Source: a virus
Lineage: Duplodnaviria > Caudoviricetes
Length of the DNA: 30,049 bases
Reading direction: 5' to 3' (one strand)
IMG/VR virus record: IMGVR_UViG_3300044300_002822
Coordinates: 1 to 30,049 of that record
Shown: one piece after another, positions 8,582 to 16,565 of the stretch
Layout of the letters: each line of letters starts with the position of its first letter
Position numbering within the stretch: position 1 is the stretch's first letter
Program-made: the position numbers and the translations under genes
The notes under the pieces: model-generated
Seen by the model: the letters and a program-made list of their open reading frames with translations, nothing else
Databases searched by the model: none
What the model was told of the DNA's origin: nothing

Positions 8582-9459
8582 TTCTTTAAATATTCTTCAA
8601 AAGTACATGAATTAAATATCTGTCTCCTGTTAACCCACCTGACAAATTTTTTCTGGTAAGGGTCAGTTTTGTCATAAGGCATTGCATATGGGTCACACCC
8701 CCAACCTTTCAGCATCATCACCCTATGCATGTCCTCTTCTGGAGTAGAATCATAACCAATCAACACATAAAACTGCATCTGGTATGGTTTTATACCTGCA
8801 TCAACAACTCTCTGGTAACCACGCTTAATAACTTTCTCATCCTTAATCTGGTCCCAGGCAAATGTGACCTGACTACTGGTGTTATTTATGTTCCTGAACT
8901 TAACTGATGCTAATGCCTGGGCTTGCCTTTCAGAAATTATCCGAATGTTAAGACCCTGGGAAAAATTAACTCTAAGATCCAACTCTTTTATTTCTTCAAT
9001 CCTGTCTTTCCATTCTGGATTGCCGAAAAAGTCATTATCCAACAGCACCAGAAAATTAGATGATCTCTGGGTCCATAATTTTTCAATGGTGTTTACTGAT
9101 TTAGGTTTCCCCTCTTTCTGGGGAACAACACAAAATGAACAATTAAATCTGCAACCACGTTGTGCAAAACCAATATTATGGGGATAATTGTAAAAAGAAT
9201 AATCAGGGTCCATTTCTTCAATCTCATTGGGCAGACTGATCTTGAGATCAATACCAGTCCCTCCAACAATCATGTCATCCTGAAGATCTGCCCCTGAAGA
9301 AAAGTTAAATATCTTGGAAGCATAAACTTTATCATACAGAGAATGAGCAAGAGGCATGTAATGTTCAACCTCATCTCCCATCAGTTTATGCCATGCACTA
9401 ATTTTCATTAATGCCAGGTTTGGAATCTTGGAATCAACATCCAGCAAACCTATTTTCAT
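8578..9459 (-). CDS. Radical SAM protein with short N-terminal cobalamin-binding-like region
   Basis: RGCRFNCSFC (CxxxCxxC), LLDNDF, YVLIGY motifs; N-terminal PNLALMKISAWHK..GD.V; ATGA overlaps at both ends. Confidence 0.88.
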   Translation of the reverse strand: MKIGLLDVDSKIPNLALMKISAWHKLMGDEVEHYMPLAHSLYDKVYASKIFNFSSGADLQDDMIVGGTGIDLKISLPNEIEEMDPDYSFYNYPHNIGFAQRGCRFNCSFCVVPQKEGKPKSVNTIEKLWTQRSSNFLVLLDNDFFGNPEWKDRIEEIKELDLRVNFSQGLNIRIISERQAQALASVKFRNINNTSSQVTFAWDQIKDEKVIKRGYQRVVDAGIKPYQMQFYVLIGYDSTPEEDMHRVMMLKGWGCDPYAMPYDKTDPYQKKFVRWVNRRQIFNSCTFEEYLKK

Positions 9460-10856
9460 GCAATACCCAAAATGTTACGTTTGAGGGGTTTACTCCACCC
9501 GGAAGAGGTCCCGGCAATAACTGCACTAGTTCCTGCAAAAGTAAGTACAAAACTATCAGCAAAATCAGGGCTGCCTCTATGTCCAATCCTTTTCTTCATC
9601 TCATCCTTTGTCTCCATCCTGATCTTACCTGATGATTCATAAGAGAACCTGGGGGAGCAGAGCTCAAACATCAGTCTCTCATCCCTGGGGATCTTACAAT
9701 GTTTCTGCTCAAACCACTCTTTTGCCCGGTGCCATAGTTCACACCTCAAATTCTTGTACTGCCCGGACAGTGATGCAGACTCCCCAGTATTGATACCAAT
9801 AACAGGCAGACCCAACTCAAGACCCCTGTCCACAATAGATGCTCCTGCACCTATTACATCCACCATAATCTCCTGGGGGTCCTTATTCTGCTGCCTGGAA
9901 TTCTGGTACTCATTATTAATTGCACCCATCAAATTCATAGTATCAATCTTGGCCCATGACTTAATAGGCTCCATGACATGATTACCCTGTCTCTTGCAGA
10001 GTGCAGATTTATCACTCCCGAATCTTGCGACATCCAAACCCCATACAATTGGAGCATTGCCAGTTGGATCAACATCTCTTTCAACTGCACTTTCCACAAG
10101 CCCATTTGAAATAATCGTATCATCAGAAGTCTCAGCAAAATTACCAAGTACCCTGATTGCATAAGTATTGGAATCCCTCCCATATCTCTCTGCCATTTCC
10201 TCAATATACTCTGCAGAGACCCTGGGAGAATCTTCACAGGAAACTGTCTTTAGCCACCACCTGTCCTTCAACTTGGTAAAGGCATCAAAAAAGTATCCTT
10301 CTGATCGGGTTGGATTGCCAACCAGGATGAGACATGCATTACCACTAAGAGATCCACCTGCAGCTTCAAATATTGCATTATCAATTGAACTGGCTTCATC
10401 CACTATCAATAAAATTTTTGATGAATGGATCCCCTGCAGGGCCTCCGGCTGCTCTTTTCTTGCTGTGCGTGCTGAGATGAAAGACCCTGAAGGATCTGAC
10501 TTGAGTACAATCCTTTCAGAAAATACTTCAAACAAATCCTTCAAAGCCGGAGGCAACCTCAGTAACTGGGATTTTAATTCTGCAAATAAGGCATCAAACA
10601 ACTGGGCTGCAGTTGGTGCAGTACAAACAGTCTTTTGTGGATAAAAACATAACATGTGATGAAGCATCAACCATGCACAACATGTACTCTTGCCAGTTCC
10701 ATGACCAGACTTGACTGCAAGCAATCTTTCTTTCTGAGATGCTTCCAGTAGATCCTTCTGCCAGGGGTCAGGTTCCTGTTCTAGGATGTCGATAACGAAT
10801 CGTACTGGATCACTTTTGTACTTGGCGATAAACTCTGTGAAGATGTTACTGGACAT
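9456..10856 (-). CDS. terL: Terminase large subunit
   Basis: Walker A SGHGTGKS, Walker B LIVDEAS, coupling motif GNP, RNase H-like GLDVARFGSD and SPDFADS. Confidence 0.96.
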   Translation of the reverse strand: MSSNIFTEFIAKYKSDPVRFVIDILEQEPDPWQKDLLEASQKERLLAVKSGHGTGKSTCCAWLMLHHMLCFYPQKTVCTAPTAAQLFDALFAELKSQLLRLPPALKDLFEVFSERIVLKSDPSGSFISARTARKEQPEALQGIHSSKILLIVDEASSIDNAIFEAAGGSLSGNACLILVGNPTRSEGYFFDAFTKLKDRWWLKTVSCEDSPRVSAEYIEEMAERYGRDSNTYAIRVLGNFAETSDDTIISNGLVESAVERDVDPTGNAPIVWGLDVARFGSDKSALCKRQGNHVMEPIKSWAKIDTMNLMGAINNEYQNSRQQNKDPQEIMVDVIGAGASIVDRGLELGLPVIGINTGESASLSGQYKNLRCELWHRAKEWFEQKHCKIPRDERLMFELCSPRFSYESSGKIRMETKDEMKKRIGHRGSPDFADSFVLTFAGTSAVIAGTSSGWSKPLKRNILGIA

Positions 10857-11398
10857 TCTGGAAGCTCCTCCATTTTATGTAAAAATTCAGTCGGGACCCA
10901 ATAATTCCTGGTAGTCTTTCCCTCATTATTATGCTGCCACTCTGCATGAGATAATATCTCAGGAGCACTAATCCAACCCCTGAGATCATAAGTGCCATAA
11001 CCTCCTGTAACCAGGATATAATATTTATCAGGCTTGTCACCTTCCTTAAAAAATAACTCCATCCATTCCTTAGGCCGGGTGCGGACCTCATAATGCTCAC
11101 CAACATCAGGGTGCTCACTAGACCTCTCAAAAATTCCATAAGGATACAACCCAAGATACCTGGCAACTGCAATCTCTCCAAGAACACCCTCTATTGCATT
11201 CTGCCACAAACCCTGACCTTCCTTACCATAACCCTTAGACTCATAATCCTCTGCTGCGTTTCCATTTCTTGAACTTTTCAGGCATTCCACTTGTCTTAGT
11301 CCTCCTGCGTAAAAGCCAATCAGGAGCTCTCTCTGAGTCAATATTATTCTTGTCGATAATTCTGTAGACATTAACTTCATTCTCCCTCCCTGGAGCAT
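10781..11398 (-). CDS. Hypothetical protein, possible PD-(D/E)XK-type nuclease (start uncertain, maybe 11371)
   Basis: GEIAVARYLG...PDVG...EVRT resembles the E..PD..EVK nuclease signature; overlaps the terL start by 76 nt. Confidence 0.6.
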   Translation of the reverse strand: MLQGGRMKLMSTELSTRIILTQRELLIGFYAGGLRQVECLKSSRNGNAAEDYESKGYGKEGQGLWQNAIEGVLGEIAVARYLGLYPYGIFERSSEHPDVGEHYEVRTRPKEWMELFFKEGDKPDKYYILVTGGYGTYDLRGWISAPEILSHAEWQHNNEGKTTRNYWVPTEFLHKMEELPECPVTSSQSLSPSTKVIQYDSLSTS

Positions 11399-11558
11399 CT
11401 ATGATCCATACACCAAAATCCTTAGGCAACTTACCCTGTAACCACTCATAAAGTTTCTCTGCTCTTTCCCTGTTCTCTAACTTGACTAACCCGGACCCAG
11501 TTTCCCTAATCTGTTTCCTAAGGTCATTCAGAATCTCTCTTGATGAACGCTTCCCCAT
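11241..11558 (-). CDS. Hypothetical protein
   Basis: 105-aa ORF filling the gap between its neighbours; overlaps both, so the ends are uncertain. Confidence 0.5.
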   Translation of the reverse strand: MGKRSSREILNDLRKQIRETGSGLVKLENRERAEKLYEWLQGKLPKDFGVWIIDAPGRENEVNVYRIIDKNNIDSERAPDWLLRRRTKTSGMPEKFKKWKRSRGL

Positions 11559-11760
11559 ATGGAATTGTATAATGTAAATCTGGATTATCTAAATCAATGC
11601 AGTCAATTGCCAATGCAGAAGCATGTTTGCCAAGATGTTGGGGATATGACCTGATCACCTGGGCATTCACTACCCGGACACCCTTCTCATGCAATGTGTC
11701 CTCAACTTCAAAAAATATCTTGTCTCCAATCCTTATCTTACTGGGTGCTGTATCTGACAT
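11524..11760 (-). CDS. Hypothetical protein (start at MSDTAPSK, 11760)
   Basis: GAGG RBS 6 nt before ATG 11760; the longer ORF-track start translates non-coding repeats. Confidence 0.6.
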   Translation of the reverse strand: MSDTAPSKIRIGDKIFFEVEDTLHEKGVRVVNAQVIRSYPQHLGKHASALAIDCIDLDNPDLHYTIPYGEAFIKRDSE

Positions 11761-11772
11761 AAGAAACCTCAA

Positions 11773-12224
11773 ATTTTGAAAAATAATATTTTGAAAAATA
11801 ATTGGGAGAGGTGTGTTGGGTATGTCAATTGACACCCGGTGTCCTAACCCCCCAGGGGGGTATTCTACCCTATCCCCTAGCAATATCAGTTACTTACACC
11901 CCTATCCCTACCATCCCCCCTATGATAAACATGGTAACATGTACCTAAACGTAGCAATTGCAAGGGATTGAAGCATAAGTGATAAATTTGGATGTACGAT
12001 TACAGACATTATCGTACATATAAAAATGACTCACATGGGCGTATGCGAGAGCCTATAAAGAACTCTCTTAGAGTAGTTATTACTATAGTAATACTTACTA
12101 CCCCTACTATAGTATTACTTACTCCCCCTATAGTAATACTTACTCTTCCTATAGTACTTATGCTTCTTCTATAACTCATAGTGTTCTATATCTCTATACT
12201 ATATATATAGATCTATATATATAG
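11773..12224. other. Non-coding repeat/palindrome-rich block: putative packaging initiation site/genome end or replication origin
   Basis: Lies between terS and terL. Contains a 15-bp tandem repeat, several palindromes, G/C runs, an IHF-like site, iteron-like repeats and a 26-bp perfect AT palindrome. Confidence 0.55.
12083..12160. repeat. Iteron-like direct repeats CTATAGTAWTACTTACT x3 plus a degenerate fourth
   Basis: Copies at 12083, 12107, 12128 and partial at 12149; periods 24, 21, 21 bp. Confidence 0.85.
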
Positions 12225-12225
12225 G

Positions 12226-12819
12226 TTAGCCAATCTTACTCACCAGGTACTCCAACCTTTCAACATCTACATAATCCTGGTCAGCAACATTATCTGGTCC
12301 AACAAATCCTAATCCAACTCGCACATCCCATTCCCATTCTCTAGATCCAACAGATGGAAGAGATGGTGCAGGTAATTCTTCCAGCTTCTTAATCTCTCCT
12401 CCATTCTCCAGGTATCTATTCACAGCATCATCCAGTTCCTGTTTCTCCATTGCTTTCTGCAATTGAGATTCATATCTTGATTCAACCTTAAACATCTTAT
12501 ATGGATGATTAACTTTCCATGCATGTGTCAATTCATATTTCTTAGGCTTTTTTGGTTTTACAGGAGGTCTGTAAATCTGTCTGCATGTCTGGCTGCAGAA
12601 CACCCTCTTATATACCTGCTGGAACTTCTCACCACATTGCTTGCATTTAATAAGTCCCTTCTTCTTATTTCTTGCCTTTCTCATCTCTGCATACCTGTCA
12701 TAGTGGTAGTCTCTCTTGTACTTCTGCCTACATACTTCAGAGCATATTATTTCCTTAACAGTCTTAGGCATAAATAAGTTCTTGCAGATCTTACACTCAA
12801 TTTCCTGTTTCATTATCAT
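12226..12819 (-). CDS. Zinc-finger protein (two CxxC...CS..C units)
   Basis: CKIC...CSEVC and CKQC...CSQTC; C-terminal YLENGGEIKKL motif. Confidence 0.75.
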   Translation of the reverse strand: MIMKQEIECKICKNLFMPKTVKEIICSEVCRQKYKRDYHYDRYAEMRKARNKKKGLIKCKQCGEKFQQVYKRVFCSQTCRQIYRPPVKPKKPKKYELTHAWKVNHPYKMFKVESRYESQLQKAMEKQELDDAVNRYLENGGEIKKLEELPAPSLPSVGSREWEWDVRVGLGFVGPDNVADQDYVDVERLEYLVSKIG

Positions 12820-13024
12820 CTCCTTCCTGGGTTGTTGCTTCAGACCATCTTTCTATTCGGTCTATATCAAGTTTCTTCTCATAAACAGTTTCTGCCAACA
12901 TCTTTAACTGTACTTCATCCACTCCTCTTCTCCTCTCTGGTTCCAGATCCTGTACCACCTCAATCACATCATCCAGGCAGTCAAGCATACCAAGTGTCAT
13001 GTGCAGTCTGAGCATCTCACTCAC
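12797..13024 (-). CDS. Hypothetical protein
   Basis: 75-aa ORF overlapping both neighbours in operon fashion. Confidence 0.65.
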   Translation of the reverse strand: MSEMLRLHMTLGMLDCLDDVIEVVQDLEPERRRGVDEVQLKMLAETVYEKKLDIDRIERWSEATTQEGDDNETGN

Positions 13025-13490
13025 TCTTGAGTTTCTTCTTAGGAGGTGTTATATCCTTCACCTGCTTCATTTGGGCTCTCAGGGCATCAAGATGCATCTG
13101 GGTTGCATCAGTCACATTCATGTCAATTGTCTGTCTTTCACCATAATGAATTGGTGAATATTTTGATGCAATCCATTGCTTGGAATTAATGAGGGTCTTG
13201 GCAGCACTAGGGTCAATATGTCCCATTTCCAGCTTATTATTAATGCTCCTGATCTCGTCAACTGTGAGCTCTGCATGTGCTATTCTTGCCTCCTTATACC
13301 TCTCATTAAGTTCTGGAGTTGTTGTGATCTTGTGATAGAGAGTCTTATAAGGCACCTGTATTTCTTTTGCCATCTTGGGCAGGCTGCCGAACTCTGAGTA
13401 TCCATCAAAAATCTTGTCCCAGAACTCCGGGTCATCAAACATCCTTTTAACTCTTGCTTTTCTTGCTCTTCTTATTGGTGTTCCACTCAT
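13017..13490 (-). CDS. terS: Terminase small subunit (Sf6-like)
   Basis: N-terminal HTH, YKEAR...A...DEI, KQWIASKYSP..YGERQTID; strong GAGGAGG RBS. Confidence 0.85.
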   Translation of the reverse strand: MSGTPIRRARKARVKRMFDDPEFWDKIFDGYSEFGSLPKMAKEIQVPYKTLYHKITTTPELNERYKEARIAHAELTVDEIRSINNKLEMGHIDPSAAKTLINSKQWIASKYSPIHYGERQTIDMNVTDATQMHLDALRAQMKQVKDITPPKKKLKSE

Positions 13491-13618
13491 TTATCCTCCT
13501 CACACCTGACCTCAATTGATCCTCCAGGATTGATATATACCATGATTGCAATAACCACTATTACAATTCCTGTGAATACCCCAAACAGGTATATGCCTAT
13601 GAACATTCCTATTGTCAT
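13487..13618 (-). CDS. Small membrane peptide (43 aa)
   Basis: Manual translation MTIGMFIGIYLFGVFTGIVIVVIAIMVYINPGGSIEVRCEEDK; ATGA overlaps at both ends; GAGGTG RBS. Confidence 0.75.
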   Translation of the reverse strand: MTIGMFIGIYLFGVFTGIVIVVIAIMVYINPGGSIEVRCEEDK

Positions 13619-14700
13619 GTCACCTCTTTCATATGCCTGATTATTTCATAGGCCACCTGAGGCACTATGGCATTTCCAATGGCCTTTAATCTTTTTGCCC
13701 TATCAGGTATTTTCACTCCGACTCTTGGGATGTCAGGTTCGTCCATCCAAGTGGATATCCCATCAGATAATGTTCCACCCAGTCCGGGTTGAGTGACCCC
13801 TGTACTGCATCTCTCCCCCCCTCCTGTTTCACTACAACTGTTGTTAATGATTCCTGTGAACCCTTCTTCCCCCTGCTGCGATCCTGGAATCCCTGTCTTG
13901 CTTCTGAAGATACTGGAGTCGGCCACATCACCACTCCTGCCAACTTGCCTTTTTTCGCCACTTTCTCCCAGTTCACATTCTCCCCGGAATCCTTCCAATC
14001 TCTTGCATTCGGAGTTGGCCACATTTTTACTGCCATTGTCAGGGGAGTTCCTCCCTGTGCATATTTCTTCTCCCTTTCGGTTGCTGAGTCCTGAGTTGGA
14101 GTAGGCCACATCTCTGGAGTCGCTACCTGTTCCGCCAGGCAACCCGGATAATCCTTCCTGCCTATTGACTCCCTGTATGCTTTCCTCTTCTCTCTCCTCC
14201 CCTCTTTTGGTTCTATCTGAACTGTACTGGGAGTGAGCCACAATCCAGACCCGCATTCTTCTATGGGGAGCATCTTTGGCCAGAGCTCCAATATGGAAAA
14301 CCTGGGACTGATATCCTTCACCTTCCAGGTCAGCAAGCACCTCCTGGAGCCCCAGTTTAATGTGTCCAGTAACATTCTCCGCAAGTACCCAATTGGGCCT
14401 GCATTCTTGAATGACTCTAAACATTTCCGGCCAGAGGTGCCGGTCATCATTCTGGCCTCTACGCCTCCCGGCTTGACTGAATGGCTGGCAGGGATATCCC
14501 CCGGTAAGTAGGAATGGGGAAACAATTCCATTTGCTCTATACGTTTTGATGTCGTCATGTATTGGTACTCCTGGAAAATTCTTGGTTAATACTTTCTGTG
14601 CAAATTCTTCATTCTCAACAAACTGGACAGTCTCAATTCCTGCCCATCTTGCTGCAAGTGCAAATCCACCTATTCCTGAAAATAAATCCAGATGTGTCAT
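13615..14700 (-). CDS. DNA (cytosine-5) methyltransferase, catalytic (alpha) polypeptide
   Basis: Motif I DLFSGIGG, IV GGYPCQPFS, VI ENV, VIII HRRMRVW, X RLKAIGNAIVPQVA; no motif IX in this frame. Confidence 0.93.
   Translation of the reverse strand: MTHLDLFSGIGGFALAARWAGIETVQFVENEEFAQKVLTKNFPGVPIHDDIKTYRANGIVSPFLLTGGYPCQPFSQAGRRRGQNDDRHLWPEMFRVIQECRPNWVLAENVTGHIKLGLQEVLADLEGEGYQSQVFHIGALAKDAPHRRMRVWIVAHSQYSSDRTKRGEEREEESIQGVNRQEGLSGLPGGTGSDSRDVAYSNSGLSNRKGEEICTGRNSPDNGSKNVANSECKRLEGFRGECELGESGEKRQVGRSGDVADSSIFRSKTGIPGSQQGEEGFTGIINNSCSETGGGERCSTGVTQPGLGGTLSDGISTWMDEPDIPRVGVKIPDRAKRLKAIGNAIVPQVAYEIIRHMKEVT
13713..14558 (-). CDS. Nested alternative-frame methyltransferase beta polypeptide (WxTP repeats plus motif-IX-like end)
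   Basis: 281-aa open frame wholly inside the MTase gene, GGAG 8 nt before its ATG, four WxTP repeats, terminal LNPDWVEHYLMGYPLGWT. Confidence 0.75.
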   Translation of the reverse strand: MTTSKRIEQMELFPHSYLPGDIPASHSVKPGGVEARMMTGTSGRKCLESFKNAGPIGYLRRMLLDTLNWGSRRCLLTWKVKDISPRFSILELWPKMLPIEECGSGLWLTPSTVQIEPKEGRREKRKAYRESIGRKDYPGCLAEQVATPEMWPTPTQDSATEREKKYAQGGTPLTMAVKMWPTPNARDWKDSGENVNWEKVAKKGKLAGVVMWPTPVSSEARQGFQDRSRGKKGSQESLTTVVVKQEGGRDAVQGSLNPDWVEHYLMGYPLGWTNLTSQESE

Positions 14701-15137
14701 CCATGCACCTCATCCACTATGAAGGTTCCATCATGCAGAACCATCTCGTTTGGACATGATTTGATACACACCCTGACCCCTCCAATTGTCTTATCTTTTG
14801 CCTCTTCCCTGGAGATCTGGATATGTCTGATCTGGTTATCATTCTGGTAAATACCTGCAGTCTCCATTGCATCAATCAGTACCTTCAAAAGGTTATCAAC
14901 ATCACAGTCAGGCCCTTTCCTGACCGGGTAGTGAATTGCTATTGCCATTGCAAGTGTTTGATCCTCCCCAAATGCCTGTGCTCCTTTTGCCTTTGCATCC
15001 ATCCAGTAGACTGCAACCTCATGAATATATGCTCTTGCCCTTTTTGTCTTTATCAACTTCCGGCCTGCAATCATCCAGTACTGATTAGTTGATACCGGGA
15101 ATGGGAGATTAAGCGTTAGCATTTCTTTCCCTGACAT
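14697..15137 (-). CDS. rusA: RusA-family Holliday junction resolvase
   Basis: LPFPVSTNQYW, DVDNLLKVLIDAM, GIYQNDNQI motifs. Confidence 0.9.
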   Translation of the reverse strand: MSGKEMLTLNLPFPVSTNQYWMIAGRKLIKTKRARAYIHEVAVYWMDAKAKGAQAFGEDQTLAMAIAIHYPVRKGPDCDVDNLLKVLIDAMETAGIYQNDNQIRHIQISREEAKDKTIGGVRVCIKSCPNEMVLHDGTFIVDEVHG

Positions 15138-15507
15138 CCCTCTGCAGTTTCTTGAAAATTTCCTTCACCTTATCAGGCATTGGCACCTTCTGAGATTCAG
15201 GTCCTGAAAGCATCTTATGATGTTCCTCACCAAGTCTTTTCATATAAACAGGATCTTCACATGCTTTCCTCCTGGGATTCTCTGGAGTCCCTTCTCTGAT
15301 ATCCTTCACAGTTGGAAAAAAAGCATTGGTCTTAATATGCTCCTGAAATGATCTTTCAATCCTCTGGGCAGGCATATCAGCAAGTGATTGTGCCCAGAAT
15401 GCAATATCTGTTTTATCAAGTTTCCCGAACTCCCTGACATGACTGTGATAGTTCTTCTCACATGCTTTCAGGGCTTTTAATAAAACTGCATATTTAGTCT
15501 CATCCAT
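15109..15507 (-). CDS. Putative helicase loader (G39P/lambda-P-like)
   Basis: W...L.D.....I...F..HI....FFPTV.DI pattern; located in the replication module. Confidence 0.55.
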   Translation of the reverse strand: MDETKYAVLLKALKACEKNYHSHVREFGKLDKTDIAFWAQSLADMPAQRIERSFQEHIKTNAFFPTVKDIREGTPENPRRKACEDPVYMKRLGEEHHKMLSGPESQKVPMPDKVKEIFKKLQRDVRERNANA

Positions 15508-15916
15508 GAGTCTCCTCCTTCATTTTTTTAAATTCCTCATAAGTGAATTTGTTGGATTTTTGAACATTACACTCCCGGCAACAAACCACTAAATTGGTAG
15601 GGTCCATGACCTCTTCCCTGGTCGATAATGCTGATACCGGGATCTTGTGATCCAAAACAAATGAATCCCTCTCTGGCTTCAGTCTCTTCTGGCAGTAGTG
15701 ACATGGTGCAGTATTATCAGACAATCTTGCTTCCATCCATAGCTGGATATAAATAGCTCTGGGGTAACCACCTTTCCTGCTCCTGACATTACCTGATGCC
15801 TTTTGCTTCTTATAAGCCATCTTGTGCTTGCAGGACATGCTACAATACTTCTGGGTTTTTTTATTTGATTCATCAGGGACATACTCCTGCCCACAAAATT
15901 CACAAATCTTGTACAA
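15500..15916 (-). CDS. HNH endonuclease with N-terminal zinc finger
   Basis: CHYC...LDHKIP...NLVVCCRECNVQK; N-terminal CEFC...YCSMSC. Confidence 0.88.
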   Translation of the reverse strand: MYKICEFCGQEYVPDESNKKTQKYCSMSCKHKMAYKKQKASGNVRSRKGGYPRAIYIQLWMEARLSDNTAPCHYCQKRLKPERDSFVLDHKIPVSALSTREEVMDPTNLVVCCRECNVQKSNKFTYEEFKKMKEETHG

Positions 15917-15919
15917 AAC

Positions 15920-16159
15920 TCAGTTAAGAATGACATCTGGTTGCTCTCCGTTGCATGTAACTCTCTTGGCAATAGGCAGTTTGGAATCCCTGGGATTTAT
16001 TTTAACCCTGAGACCCCTTCCAATCATCTCCCTCTGGACATAATCCTGTACCAGGTGACCTTGTGCCTCAGACTTTCCATATCTTGCCTCACCCTCCTTA
16101 ATGAGACTCTCTATGAGCTCTATTTCACCCTGATTATATGGCCTTAAACGATAACCCAT
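15920..16159 (-). CDS. Hypothetical protein (start MGYRLRPY)
   Basis: AGGAGGT RBS before ATG 16159. Confidence 0.65.
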   Translation of the reverse strand: MGYRLRPYNQGEIELIESLIKEGEARYGKSEAQGHLVQDYVQREMIGRGLRVKINPRDSKLPIAKRVTCNGEQPDVILN

Positions 16160-16166
16160 GCACCTC

Positions 16167-16565
16167 CTAGTTGAGTTGATTAGGATTGTTAATCCTGGAC
16201 CATTCAGCATCAAGTGCAGATACTTGGTCACGACTTTTAGGCATTAACTGGTTCTGCCTGTCTGAGATTAAATCGAACCTGATACCAACCCATTCATTGA
16301 GCATTGACTGGGCAATCACATGCACCACATCCCTGTTGTTGTTAACATACTGGTTGCGAATCTGGGTCAACCATCTCTCTGATGCTTTTATGCTCTTCCA
16401 GGGCTTCATATTACCTTTGAGGTCACAGCACTCCTCCTGCTTATATTCCACCCACTCTGCCCATACCTCATTAAAGCCATTTATAACCTTCAGTTCTTCT
16501 GGAACAATGGCTAATGAAAGTATGTCTGTTGCTTCAGGTATTTCTGGTTTGATTTTTTTAGTCAT
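16167..16565 (-). CDS. Replication-initiator C-terminal-domain-like protein
   Basis: WAEWVEYK...KP...VIAQSMLNEWVGI resembles the C-terminal domain of lambdoid initiators; preceded by an AT-rich tract. Confidence 0.55.
   Translation of the reverse strand: MTKKIKPEIPEATDILSLAIVPEELKVINGFNEVWAEWVEYKQEECCDLKGNMKPWKSIKASERWLTQIRNQYVNNNRDVVHVIAQSMLNEWVGIRFDLISDRQNQLMPKSRDQVSALDAEWSRINNPNQLN

Noticed and set aside
12083-12170. Mini-CRISPR array, or the 60-aa plus-strand ORF 11992-12174
   Set aside because: Spacers are only 4-7 nt and there are no cas genes; the ORF is a translation of the repeats with no RBS.
15500-15916. Free-standing HNH as a trans-acting homing nuclease for the capsid introns
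   Set aside because: It lies about 14 kb away, whereas known collaborative homing involves an adjacent endonuclease; nothing in the sequence links them.
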